Below are positions 49,159 to 59,500 of a stretch of DNA of 64,000 nt, one piece after another. The stretch comes from a virus. The stretch is from the IMG/VR virus record IMGVR_UViG_3300032295_000534, positions 148 through 64,147 of that record; one strand, given 5' to 3'. Made by a program: the position numbers and the translations under genes. The notes under the pieces are model-generated. The model was not told the DNA's origin. It saw only the letters and a program-made list of their open reading frames with translations, and searched no databases. The first letter of the stretch is position 1. Each line of letters opens with the position of its first letter.

Positions 49159-49596
49159 TTAGCCCTTCCGAGTTTTCTTGGAGGGGCTTTTTTTTGGGGC
49201 TACCTCGGGGATCTTCTCAATGATGATCTCTGCACGGGGGTTCTCAGGATCTAGTCCCCAGTAGCAATGACGCTCTTTCACCTGACGATCATTCTCATAT
49301 ATGAGTCCCTGCATCAGGTCTAGGATCAGGCTCTCATCAAGGTCAGGTCTGCGTGACGCATAAAAAATATGCAGAGTAACTCGCAGATCACCCGTCATTA
49401 GGGTAGACAAGGGCTTGCACTGTTGCCTAAATACATCAGAGTAAGTTAATGCTTTCTTAGACTTAATCAGTCTAGACATACCACCGTAGTGAACAACTCT
49501 TCTAGAGTTTGCTTTGGAAGCTGGCTCACCAAAAATAATTTGTGATAGTACTTGCAATTCATGTGAAACATCGCTATTATTGAGTTCCGGTTTCAT
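49159..49596 (-). CDS. rusA: RusA-like Holliday junction resolvase
   Basis: GEPASK.N, RRPDLD...ILD..QG..YENDRQV, PRAEI.I; start uncertain. Confidence 0.8.
   Translation of the reverse strand: MKPELNNSDVSHELQVLSQIIFGEPASKANSRRVVHYGGMSRLIKSKKALTYSDVFRQQCKPLSTLMTGDLRVTLHIFYASRRPDLDESLILDLMQGLIYENDRQVKERHCYWGLDPENPRAEIIIEKIPEVAPKKSPSKKTRKG
49161..49195 (+). terminator. Plus-strand intrinsic terminator, antisense to rusA 3' end
   Basis: 12-bp stem whose three G.U pairs only work on the + strand, followed by U8. Confidence 0.7.
49552..49580 (+). promoter_or_regulatory. Sigma70-like promoter TTGCAA-17-TATTAT
   Basis: 17-bp spacing upstream of the RBS and ATG at 49617. Confidence 0.65.
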
Positions 49597-49616
49597 ACAG
49601 ACCTTAAGGAGAGTAA

Positions 49617-50482
49617 ATGAAAATAACCAACAAACAAGGCTTACCCGCACCGTTAGTGGCTTTGCTTGCAAGAGACTTCTATACAAAGGGTGCATCTCAG
49701 TATAGCGTAACAGAGTTAATGTCGCCACCAAAGATCCGCAGAATGCGAGAACAGTACGATGAGGAGATGGAGATTGACGTTACTAAATTGATTGCTTCAC
49801 AGCTTGGAACATTCATGCACGCCAAGCTTGAGGGCAAGACAGTTGAGGGTTACACCAACGTGAGCGCATCTTCCACTCGATTGATGGCATCACCATCAGC
49901 GGTGCAGTAGATCTACAGGAACACACAGATGACGGGATTGTCATCATTGATTACAAGTTTGTTAAGGCTTGGTCAGTCATGCAGTCCAAGGATGACTGGG
50001 TCACCCAGTTGAACATCTACAAATGGCTTGTGGAGACAGTCAAGAAACAAAAGGTCTGCGGTCTAAAGATCTGCGCCATCATCAAAGACTACACCGCCCA
50101 CTCCAATCAGGAGAATTACCCCGAGGCTGAGGCTGTGATGATTGACATCCCTATGTGGGATTCAGTCACTACAGAGACCTATGTACGCAAACGCTTGGAC
50201 ATGCACCGTGCCGCCAAGCAAGCACAGGAATTCGGGGAGGACTTACAAGCCTGTACCGATGAAGAACGATGGATGAGCGAGACCATCTACGCAGTGAAGA
50301 GAGAAGGACGCAAGACAGCGATCCGAGTATTTAAGTCAATCGATGAAGCCAACGAACTGGCAGAAAAGGAAAAAGGATATGTCGAGGAAAGAAAAGGCGA
50401 ACCCAAGCGATGCACCGGAGATTTCTGCGGAGTCAGCAAGTGGTGTAAACAATACCAAGGAGAAATCAATGTCGCCCCATGA
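49617..50482 (+). pseudogene. PD-(D/E)xK exonuclease (Cas4/lambda-exo-like), broken by a 1-nt frameshift near 49860
   Basis: SVTELM..P and GT.MH in the first frame; ERIF..ISGAVD..IIDYK..QLNIY and C-terminal Cys in the second frame from 49862. Confidence 0.8.
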
Positions 50483-51200
50483 TTTACTAAAGATCAACGT
50501 CAATGATCACACTGAGAAGAAGAACGGCTTAACCTACCTTTCGTGGGCATGGGGTTGGGCTGAGGCTTTGAAGGCTGACCCAAGCGCAACCTTTGAAGTT
50601 AAGACTTTCATGCGTGATCAGTACACGGAGATGCCATACATGGACGTTAACGGTACAGGCATGGTATGGGTCACTGTGACTATGTTCGGTCAGCCACGCA
50701 CATGCATGTTGCCTGTGATGAACCACCGCAACCAACCCATTCAAAACCCTGACGCTTTCCAAGTCAATACAGCCATCATGCGTTGTATGACCAAAGCCCT
50801 CGCCTTGCACGGCCTTTCGCTTTATATCTATGCGGGCGAGGACTTACCGGAGGAGGATGCAAAAGCCGCTCCTAGCACGGAGGCAACGGCTCCTATGGGC
50901 GAACTGTACAAGAAGGAAGATGGCGCTAAGTACGAGAAGATCTTAACTAAGACCGCACCCAAGAAAGCGCAACCCACTGAGTGGGACAACTCAGACGCAA
51001 GCCGAAAGTTGTTTGCTGACGGAATGATTGAGTGGACAACCCACTGCACCACAGTAGCAGGTTTAAACAGCTACTGGAAGAGCAATGAACTTCAGCTTGA
51101 TTCGCTGAAGGAAACGCACCCTCCTCTTTATGAGGAGGTCTTGAAATGCTTCAAAGCCTTGAAGCTAAAACTTAACCAAACGGAGAAACCAAATGAGTGA
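50470..51200 (+). CDS. Single-strand annealing protein (Sak3/DUF1071-like)
   Basis: INVNDHTEKKNGLTYLSWAW, LPVM..RN, NTAIMRC.TKA.AL.GL.LYIYAGEDLP. Confidence 0.85.
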
Positions 51201-51492
51201 TTACCAAGCCAAGCCCGACACAGGATCCCTGTTCGCCACACAGTCTAAGAAGACCCCCAAGTCTCCTGATTACTTTGGCACGATTTCCATCAACCTTAAG
51301 GATCTGACAAACCTCAAGACCGAAGATGGTCTGACTGTCATTCGCCTGTCAGGTTGGAAGAAGGTTGCCAAGAACGGCAAGACATTCCTGTCACTGGCTG
51401 TAGATCGCTACGTTCCTAAAGAACAAGGCGGCACACGTCAAGAGAACCAAGCGCAGGATTTCCCTGCTGATGATTCGGATATTCCCTTCTGA
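51193..51492 (+). CDS. Putative single-stranded DNA-binding protein
   Basis: GSLF, PDY.G, LSGWKK, FLSL and acidic DDSDIPF tail. Confidence 0.7.
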   Translation: MSDYQAKPDTGSLFATQSKKTPKSPDYFGTISINLKDLTNLKTEDGLTVIRLSGWKKVAKNGKTFLSLAVDRYVPKEQGGTRQENQAQDFPADDSDIPF

Positions 51493-51501
51493 GGAGAGAC
51501 C

Positions 51502-52553
51502 ATGAATAAAACACAAAAGATTCTTGCTTACAAAGAAGCCAACCCCACACACAAGCCAAGCGATGTTGCTAAAGCTTGTGGTGTAACAAACGCCTATGTC
51601 TATCAAGTCTTGCACAACGCTAAGAAAAAAGCAAAGAAGGAGAAGCCAGTAGCTAAAGAAAGCAAGCCCGCTCCTACGCAAGGTCAGCAAGTACTACGCA
51701 AAGAACTTGATCGTTTACACGCATTGATTGCAAATTTGGAAATGCTTAGAGACATCAATGATCAAGTAATAGAAGAGCAAGAAGCCGAACTTGAGCAGTT
51801 GGAAAATGACGTGATTGGCTACCGTGCAGTGATCTCCTATTTGCAGGGGCAACTTGATGGCCTTACAGTTTGAAGCCCGTAAAGTAGCGTTGAAGCAAGA
51901 CCGCACTGGTTTTATCTTGACGCTTGCTCTGCACCCTGACGAAGTACCGGAAGAGATTCTGCGTGACTTTGTTGGGGCGAGATATGCCTGTGCGGTGGTT
52001 CGCATCCAAGATGATGAGTCACCCACACCATATGACAACCGAGTAGCCAAAGCCGGAATGCTTTGCCGCGACCCCGATTTCCAAGAATACTTGATGTGCG
52101 ACAACGAAACAGACGCTGCACACATGTTGTGTAAACGCTGTGGAATAAATTCAAGAACAGAGCTGTATGGCAATGCAGTCGCTCAAGCCGCATTTGACAA
52201 TTTGGTCGCAAGCTATGAGACAACGAAAGCAAACGATGACCCTTTCTAAAAAACTAAAACCATTCATGACGTATCTAGATGATGCAGACTACGTCAAGCT
52301 AAAGAAGTTTGCCAAGTCCAAGAAGGTGACGATGGCTAGGATTCTGCGTGAAGGATTAGATGTGCGTATGGCACAAGACAACCCTTATCTCAAAGGATTT
52401 AATGACGGTTTAACAGCCGCTACAAAAGTAGTAAACGAGCATCAAGCATCGCAGATGAGATTCCCGTCAGGGCAATCATTTGGAGAGATGATGAGTGTAG
52501 AGATTGCAAACCTAACCATGAGGGAGGTTGCCAGTGAAAGTTCTAAAGGGTGA
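51502..52553 (+). CDS. HTH plus coiled-coil protein (51502-51873), hypothetical (51857-52249), ribbon-helix-helix-like protein (52236-52553)
   Basis: SDVAKACGVT.AYVY; FMTYLD..Y.KLK.FA....TMA.ILREGL. Confidence 0.6.
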
Positions 52554-52764
52554 CCGCAATCAATGTCAGGGGTGCAAGGAATACTTTAATAGCACTGGTG
52601 CTTTTAACAAGCACCGCACAGGAAAGCACGGAGTAGACCGCAGATGCAGAACACCTGAAGAAATGATTGAAAAAGGTTTTAGTTTAAACGCAGCCGGTTA
52701 TTGGATTGCTTCAAAGATGCCGGATCATTTGAAACTTAGGGAGAGAGAAAATGTTGACGAATGA
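52528..52764 (+). CDS. Phage zinc-binding protein (FDXHR-like)
   Basis: CQGC.E.F.S..AF.KHR.G....RRC, GYW. Confidence 0.7.
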   Translation: MPVKVLKGDRNQCQGCKEYFNSTGAFNKHRTGKHGVDRRCRTPEEMIEKGFSLNAAGYWIASKMPDHLKLRERENVDE

Positions 52765-55700
52765 ACAACTACGCAGAAAAGCAAGGAAGATCTATAACAA
52801 CAAAATGGTTCCCGAACATATCAACCAACACAATCAACGTAAGTGGGTGCGCTCAGTCTTGCAATTGGGGGATCGTTGGTTGATTGCTAAACCGATAGGG
52901 AGTCTAAATGCAACCCAAAGTAATTCTTGAATTTACTTACCCTGACGATGAAGATAGATTGTTATTTGCAGTCAAAGGGCCGGAAATGTATAAGGCGCTC
53001 ACAAATATTAAGATGGCTGTAACTGGGGAGTTCCCCCATAAGGCTGATTTAAACGCAGTGTTGAGTCGTGTACGTGATTTAACAAACCAAATCTTTGAGG
53101 AGTTAGGTGAGTGACACCCCTATCAGCGGAATACACAAGGTGTAAACCTAAGAAGCCTGATGCCAAATGCGAGAACTGCAAGAGGTGGCTAGACCATCCC
53201 AAGCAGACTCGCGGCAATGGCATAGTCAATGTACAAGACAGCAAGAGCAAGGCTTGCTTCTACGTTCCAGTATCACTACAGGAGGATTCATGACACAACA
53301 ACGAAAAATTGGTAATCGCCGCAGTATGAATGTTGGCGGTCTTATCTTTCATATCCGTGATGATTTGGGGTTTGTGAAGATGGCATCTGAGTTTTACCTT
53401 TTGGGTAGCCAAACACAATTGAACCTGCTTGATGATTGGATCAATGCGTTGGAAGAAATGTATAACGCAGAACGCAACGAGGCCGGAACATTGAAAGAGC
53501 GGATGTTTCAGCGCAGACTGGCAAGACAACTCCGTGTTGTAGACGAGGAGGATGAATGACATGGCCCTTCCCCCCATTTCCAAACCCAAAGGACACGGGG
53601 AACCGAGTCCCAAAGTTCAACCCAGAGAACCACGAAGACGCCCCCTTGGTGAAAGCACAGCAAGGCAGACCATTGCCATGATGCGTTCAATAGCAAGCCA
53701 CAAGCCGATCAGTCCGTTCCATTTGATGGCGGCTGATGAGATGGAGCGTTTGTTAAATGAAGTTTTAGAGTACAGGAGGAAGAAATGAACATTTCGGCTG
53801 TTAACAAATACGAATTGGTACTGCATAACGTACCAATGTGTGCGGTGTGCAACAAGCCAGTCGAGCGTGTCGAGTCCATGTACGACATAGCCTATGGCGG
53901 AAAGCGGTTTCGCGTGTACTGCCACGGCGATATGGAGGAGGCGATGCTTGACGATGTGACGATTGAAGATTGTGATTCTGTCCAGTTTAGTCAGGCGTTC
54001 ATAGACAAACTGCCGCAGAAACAACTGGAGGCCAAATGAACAGAGAAGACATTATTCGCATGGCACGGGAGGCGGGGGCAGTGTTCCCTGCCGATGGAAG
54101 TTATCACAGGTTTGAGTCTGAAGAAAACCTTGAACACTTTGCCGCCCTTGTCGCTTCTGCCGAGCGTGAGGCGTGTGCAGACATCGCTGAGAATTGGAAC
54201 AGTAACGGATTCCCCCGCACTGGGGTTGCTGAACAAATCCGAGCAAGGGGACAAGCATGACTGATGAAATGCAAAGAGTATGGGAAGCACTACGCGCAAT
54301 CTATGGCATGGACTTAACTGCGGCAACGCTGGTAGTGCTTACCAAAGACGGAGAAACTGCCGTGAAATTCCAAACAATTTACTTTCCGCAACAGGAGACA
54401 GAGAAATGACTACGCTTGGAGAATATTTGCGCGGGTTAAGACTGTGCCAAACAAATGTGTCACTGGAAAAGATGTCACTAAAAATTGGATGCACAAAGTC
54501 GTATTTGTCTGACGTTGAAAACGACAAGATTGTGCCCCGATTATCTAAAGCCAAGGATATAGCAAAAGGATACAAAACAAGCCTTAATCAAATGGGGAAT
54601 TACTTATGAACACAAATCGCAGTGGTAATTTACACGAGGTAATGCGCCAAGCCGCATGGGATTCGGCAACCGTAGTGCCTGAAGGTGACATACGAGCCTT
54701 AAAGCACCGAATCCATGAACTGGAGGGTGAGTTGCTTGGCTATAAAAAAATCGTGGCTGACCAAGACGCAATGCTAGAGCGCCAAACAGCCCGCATCGTT
54801 GACTTACAAACACATATTGCAAACTTAGAAGGAGAGTGAATAATGGGCGAGCTACATTTACCCGAACTTTGGTATGCCAAAGCGCACATGCCAACTGAGA
54901 GAATTTTTAAAGACTATTTCTGTGACAAGATGTGCCCCGGCTGGAGCACCACCCCGCTTGCAGGTTTGCATACTCTGGCTATTAAACGCATTGCAGAACT
55001 CAACACTAAGATGCCCGACCAGTGGCAATACACCATCCTTGGTTGGGAACTAAACAACTCAAAAACAGAAACGGATGGTGAAGAATTATGAGAAAAAGCC
55101 TTCATTTAACAACAGAATTTTTGCCTAGAAAATGGCCGTGTTTTGCCATTGGATTTATTGCCGCTGGAAACGAATTTGTACTGCATTTGTACTTAATCTG
55201 TTTCCGTATTCGGTGGGGGTATTAATATGAGCGAACCAGTTGAATATCAGTACAGGACTCGACCAGATTGGATTCCTGAATGGAACGGATGGAATACATG
55301 TAGCAAAGAATCGGCAGAAGCGTATGAAAAAAACCCATATTTGCATGACTGGCATTACGAAGTCCGAAGGCTTTACATCACCTCACCACAGCGCAAGCCG
55401 TTAAGTGATGAGGAGATAGGCGCAATCCTTGAAGATGTTAACGCCTATGGCACACGGCTATATACATTTGCCCGAGCCATTGAAGCTGCACACGGCATTA
55501 AGGAGCAAGAATGACTGAATGGACTAAAGAAGAGGACGAAGCTTTCAACGAAGTTGAGAAGCACAGTAATCTTGGCAAACAGATCCTGCGGGATCTTGGT
55601 CAGCCATATTATTTTGATATCTATGTATCGCCTTCTCAGCGTAACGCAGTATTAGAAGAAGTGGCTAGAGAGTTTGACAAGATGCCGTTTGGTGACACAG

Positions 55701-56294
55701 CGGCATCGTTTGCTAAATTTGTAAGGAATATGAAGACGTGAACGGTTTTGTAAAAAAACAATTAGATTTAAATGGGCAGCAGCTAAATAAACATCAGTTT
55801 AAACAATGCGACAAATGCGACCAGAGCAAACCACCAGAAGGAGGAATCCAAATGAATCCTAATAAGTGGTACTGTGCCGCTTGTTGGACTTTGAGAGCAA
55901 CAAGAAGACCAAAGAATGCCTAGACCCAAACCACCATCATTATTAAAATCTAGATATATCAGGATGTCAGATGAAGAATGGGAAAAATTTAAACAGATGG
56001 GTGGCGCAGATTGGCTAAGAAGAATAATGAGAACAAGACCAGCCCGGTACTACGAAGTGTTTAAACATACGAAAGAAAGCAATGACTGAAAGCAAAAAAG
56101 AATATTGTGAGTTCATAGGAAATAAAGCCTTTGAAGACGACGGAGGTTGGAGCTACGAAGTTTGGCAGGCAGCCCAGCAGGCTTTGTTTAAACGCATAGC
56201 TAACCGGTTTCTTGGCTACAAAGACATTGATTACACCGGTAGTGAGATAGCTCGTTACGTTAACTTCTTGGCGAAGCAAGATGTACCGGAATAG
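52751..56294 (+). CDS. Run of about 17 small hypothetical proteins including an XRE HTH (54406-54609), Zn-ribbon proteins (53111, 53785, 55738) and an RHH-like protein (55916-56089)
   Basis: Coupled overlaps; LGEYLRGLR...SYLSDVEN; CxxC pairs; IRMSDEEWEKFK..GGA.WLR. Confidence 0.6.
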
Positions 56295-56568
56295 ACACCT
56301 ACTAGACATTGTCAGGGAGTCACCATGCCAAATCTGCGGAGTGCAGGACGGCACGGTGGTTGCCGCTCATTCCAACCAACAGCGAGATGGCAAAGGAATG
56401 GGACTGAAAGCCCACGACTACCGCATTGCGGCACTGTGCTACACCTGTCATGCCAAGATGGATCAAGGCTATGAATGGTCAAAGGACGCCAAGTTCAAAG
56501 CTTGGGATGAAGCCCACCGCAGAACCATTGGCTGGCTCTTTGAGCGGGGTCATATCACTGTGAAATAG
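56281..56568 (+). CDS. YbcO/DUF1364-like HNH-fold nuclease
   Basis: CQIC, VVAAHSN, GKGMG.KA.D, ALC..CH. Confidence 0.75.
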   Translation: MYRNRHLLDIVRESPCQICGVQDGTVVAAHSNQQRDGKGMGLKAHDYRIAALCYTCHAKMDQGYEWSKDAKFKAWDEAHRRTIGWLFERGHITVK

Positions 56569-59500
56569 TTTTCTTCAGTTCCCTGATACTGGATGTCATG
56601 GCATTCTGAGCCTCAGTAATAGCCAACAGGGAGTCTCTCTTCTCTTCAGAAGACATATCCGATGAGCGGATTTGGATAGCCGCTTCACGCATGACTTTCA
56701 TCTGTTTCTCAACGCTACTGATGTAACCTCTCATGCCAAACAGCTGAGCGTTCTTCTCCATGTAAGCGCCAAGGTCTTCAGCATTTCCTGTGCGCTCCAT
56801 CAAGTTGACTGTTCTTACAACCTCATCAACAGAGTTCTTCAGTTCGTAGTAAGCCGTGACTGTACCCTTGGCTTCTTTGTCAACTGCGAATCGTTTGATG
56901 ACAGGCATTTGCTCAAAGCGCTTGGCAACTTTAGGTGATTCATCATTCCCGAGGAGGATCGCATCAATCAAGTCAACTGCGTACATTCCCATGGAGCCTG
57001 TGTATCCCTGCATGATGTGATCAATCATGATGGGTGACTCACCTAGAATCTTGCCCATTTTCTTAGCCAACTCTGATGTTCCGGGGGATACTTGGAATTC
57101 CTTGGTAACACCTTCCATACCTTGACCAACGATGGGTCTCATCGTGAAGAAGGAATAGTTTGTACGTGCCTCAACGATTGGCAAGAATGTCTGAGGTATT
57201 GGGTTGATACCGAAGGTACTAACCAAGTTCCGCTTCATTGAGTCTGCCAAGTCTTTGCCTGTATCGTTACCAAAGGAATATTCAAGCAAACGCTCAGGGA
57301 TTGTTTTAAACAGCACACCAACCTCAAACGGGATTGGGATACGTATTCCTACGGATGGGAACAACCAATTGTTGTCGCGTGTCTCTTGCTCTTGCTTGAG
57401 GTATTCCTCTTCATCATGAGTCAGGAACCAATACATAGCAGACAAAGCCATGAGGGTTGCACCACGGATGAAGAATGATTTCTGAATTGCAGCCGCATCT
57501 TCACTAGCCATCTTGCCAAAGGCGGCACGGTAGAACACATCCAAGCCCTGCATACGTGCATTAAGGAATGGAACAGCCGCAGTCAAGATGCGAACAATCG
57601 CTAGGTTACCCTTGCGGTTGAAGTTCAGTACTTCCATGGCACGGAAGATGGCTTCTGCCTCGTTGCCTGTACGCTCCAAGGTCGCTTTGTACACCGCCAT
57701 GCGGGTAGCGGCATCAGATGCTTCTGTGCCCTTTTCCAGACCACGCCAGAGGCTTGTAAACGGCTTGAGTGCTTTCTCTGCACCACGCTCAGTTCCACTC
57801 TCACGACGAAGAGCCGCACCCAAAACAGAGCCGCTGGTTTGGATGTCTTGAGCAAACTCATAACCACCAATCACACCGGCCTTACGAAGGGCAAGATAAG
57901 CTGGGTCTTTACCACCGATGGCTTTGCCAAAGTTGGAGATGGTAGAGGCGATAGGTGTCATCTTTGCACCGCTAGTCACCCATGCAGACAAGGAGTCACG
58001 CATCAAGTTAGCCATCATGAAGCCGGGATCTTTGGTGACCATGTTCCGGAGCAAGTTAGCTGGGGCGGAGAAGATGCTCAGGAATGGCAGTTCTGGGAGG
58101 TTTAAACTCTTAACTGCGTCAATGAACAGCTGGTCAGCCACGTCGTAGGAGACAGGCTTACCTTTCTCCAAGACAGTCACAACTCCGGGAGCGTATGACA
58201 CGTCATTACGCTTCTTGGCTTCACCAAGTTGTACAGCCACACCGACAGCACGCTGTGCCGCAGTGTTCTTCATACCGGCTTGGATGATTGACTGAGTGTT
58301 ACGCACTACGGTCTCAAGGAAGTCGGCCAGAGGAGCTTCTTGTTCTTCCTTAATTCCTTTGAGCTTCTTAGGGGGAGTAACTCCGGAGATGTTCTGGAAC
58401 AGCTTAGGGCCGACAGTATCTTGTCCATCAAACTGACGATAGAACGGAATGTAGTCTGAGTAACGCATGAACTCTGCGGCTCTCTCTTTAGCGAGAACGC
58501 CAGTGGCTACTGCGTAATTCATCAGTCCGTTGTTGTACTCAATCCAGTCTTTCTGGACTTGTTTAAACTCAGGATACTTCTTCTCCAGCTCTGCTGCGTA
58601 AGCAATTTCTGCGGCTGTGTAGGTGTGATCTTTGCCGGTGTCTAACAGGCGTTTACCCCGTTTAGAGCCAGCCCAGAATTGGTAGGTTTGATAGATGCGT
58701 GGATCACCGATCTTAGCCAGAGGCATCAGGATCTCAAGCACACCCTTCTCACCCTTAGCGTTGCTGATAGTGGTGAAGCCATTGTCAAACACAGGAATGC
58801 CACCCTGACCCTCGATGCCACAAGCCATAGCCGCAATAGCGGCGGCATTGTCAGACATGAGAGCGGCAGATTCTGCGCTTGCATCAGCAAGGAGAGCGGC
58901 TCCCCCCATCTTCTTGGCAAGCTCTTTGTCGTAAACACCGAGTTGGTTGTAGCGGTTGAGCCATTGTTGGCGCAGCGCATCCACACTCTGTGGTTTAAAC
59001 GCATTAATAATGCGCTCAAAGAAACCTTGTTCTTCACGGACGGTGGTGATGCGGTTGATACTAGAGTTGATAGCCGCACCGTTAGGCAAGGAATCCACTT
59101 CATCTTTAACACTACGCAGGCTAAGACGAACGTCTGGGCTAGTCCTGTCAAATGTTCCAATGTTGCCGGTAGCAGACTTAATCTGCACTGGGCTATAGAC
59201 TGCGAGGTTCTTTTGGTTGCCTTGCTTGATGTAGAAGCCATCAAACCCTGCGGCTCTAATAGCGTCTTGGACACGGTCAGACTCAAGTCGAGCCACATTG
59301 TTGGCAAGATCTTCTCTGTCTATGTTGCTTAAACCAAGAGCCGCAATGTGGTCTGGGTTCTCATAGTCAAATGGTCGTTCAGCCCGTACATATACAGGCA
59401 TGATGTTTTGACCAGCTTCTGGGAATAACTTATCAGCCGCAAGCTTCAGGAAGTCCAAAGCCTCGCCCTGCTGATTGGGTGATCTTATTTCCTTGATAAG

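Noticed and set aside
48430-49160. tRNA genes in the long intergenic regions
   Set aside because: No cloverleaf with T-loop and D-loop consensus found by eye
49617-50482. Stop-codon reassignment or intron explaining the split nuclease
   Set aside because: The break is a frame change, not an in-frame stop, and other genes are intact under code 11
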